NCBI GenBank assembly: GCA_028818775.1
Contig: JAPPNE010000039.1
Span: forward strand, 8-64,007
Source of the DNA: Deltaproteobacteria bacterium
GTDB taxonomy: Bacteria; Desulfobacterota; Binatia; UBA9968; JAJDTQ01
Direction of reading: 5' to 3'
DNA length: 64,000 nt
This document shows positions 63,898-64,000 of this stretch, piece by piece. Below the pieces are notes generated by a model that saw nothing but the letters and a program-made list of their open reading frames with translations, made no database searches and had not been told where the DNA came from. How positions within the stretch are numbered: position 1 is the stretch's first letter; each line of letters opens with the position of its first letter. The position numbers and the translations under genes are program-made.

Positions 63898-64000
63898 TTG
63901 TTCGACGAGATCGGCGCGGAGCGCCTGCGCGAGGTCATCGACGTCTTCGTGGACCGGATCTTCGATGACCTCATGATCGGGTTCTTCTTCCGCAACGCCG
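63898..64000 (+). CDS. Possible truncated hemoglobin (5' partial; runs off window end)
   Basis: LFDEIGAERLREVIDVFVDRIFDDLMIGFFF resembles a trHb N-terminus. TTG start guessed. Confidence 0.35.
   Translation, partial: MFDEIGAERLREVIDVFVDRIFDDLMIGFFFRNA

Overview
High-GC (about 67%) bacterial chromosomal window, densely coding on both strands with about 65 supported genes. The content is mainly central and amino-acid metabolism. Named pathway blocks: threonine synthase; folD-gcvT-gcvH-gcvP-tatA; alanine dehydrogenase plus a Na+:alanine symporter; aldehyde dehydrogenase plus enoyl-CoA hydratase. Catabolic and hydrolase modules: hydantoinase HyuA/HyuB, three amidohydrolase-2 paralogs, an amidase, M19 and M20 peptidases. 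Transport, toxin-antitoxin and repeats: an ABC exporter, a MATE transporter, two PIN-toxin loci, and REP-like palindromic repeats flanking the ABC exporter. Standout observations: (1) a minus-strand SAM-I riboswitch and intrinsic terminator immediately upstream of an operon encoding a MoeB/ThiF-like E1, a second ThrC-like PLP enzyme, a MoaD/ThiS-like sulfur carrier and a CysM-like PLP enzyme, which looks like a SAM-controlled protein-thiocarboxylate route to homocysteine (and possibly cysteine); (2) a Prx/redoxin-like gene whose active-site position carries an in-frame UGA (W-U-G-K-C) followed by a SECIS-like hairpin, so a candidate selenoprotein; (3) an ald-DHH-cupin-lipoprotein-827-aa-secreted-protein operon of unknown function; (4) an isolated NuoB-like Fe-S protein in a Rieske/monothiol-glutaredoxin/truncated-hemoglobin cluster; (5) a lower-GC AAA+ DUF4143 ATPase with a consensus sigma70 promoter and a palindromic operator-like site. 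Because of the high GC, many long antisense or alternate-frame ORFs in the supplied track are artefacts and were rejected. No rRNA, tRNA or CRISPR was detected.
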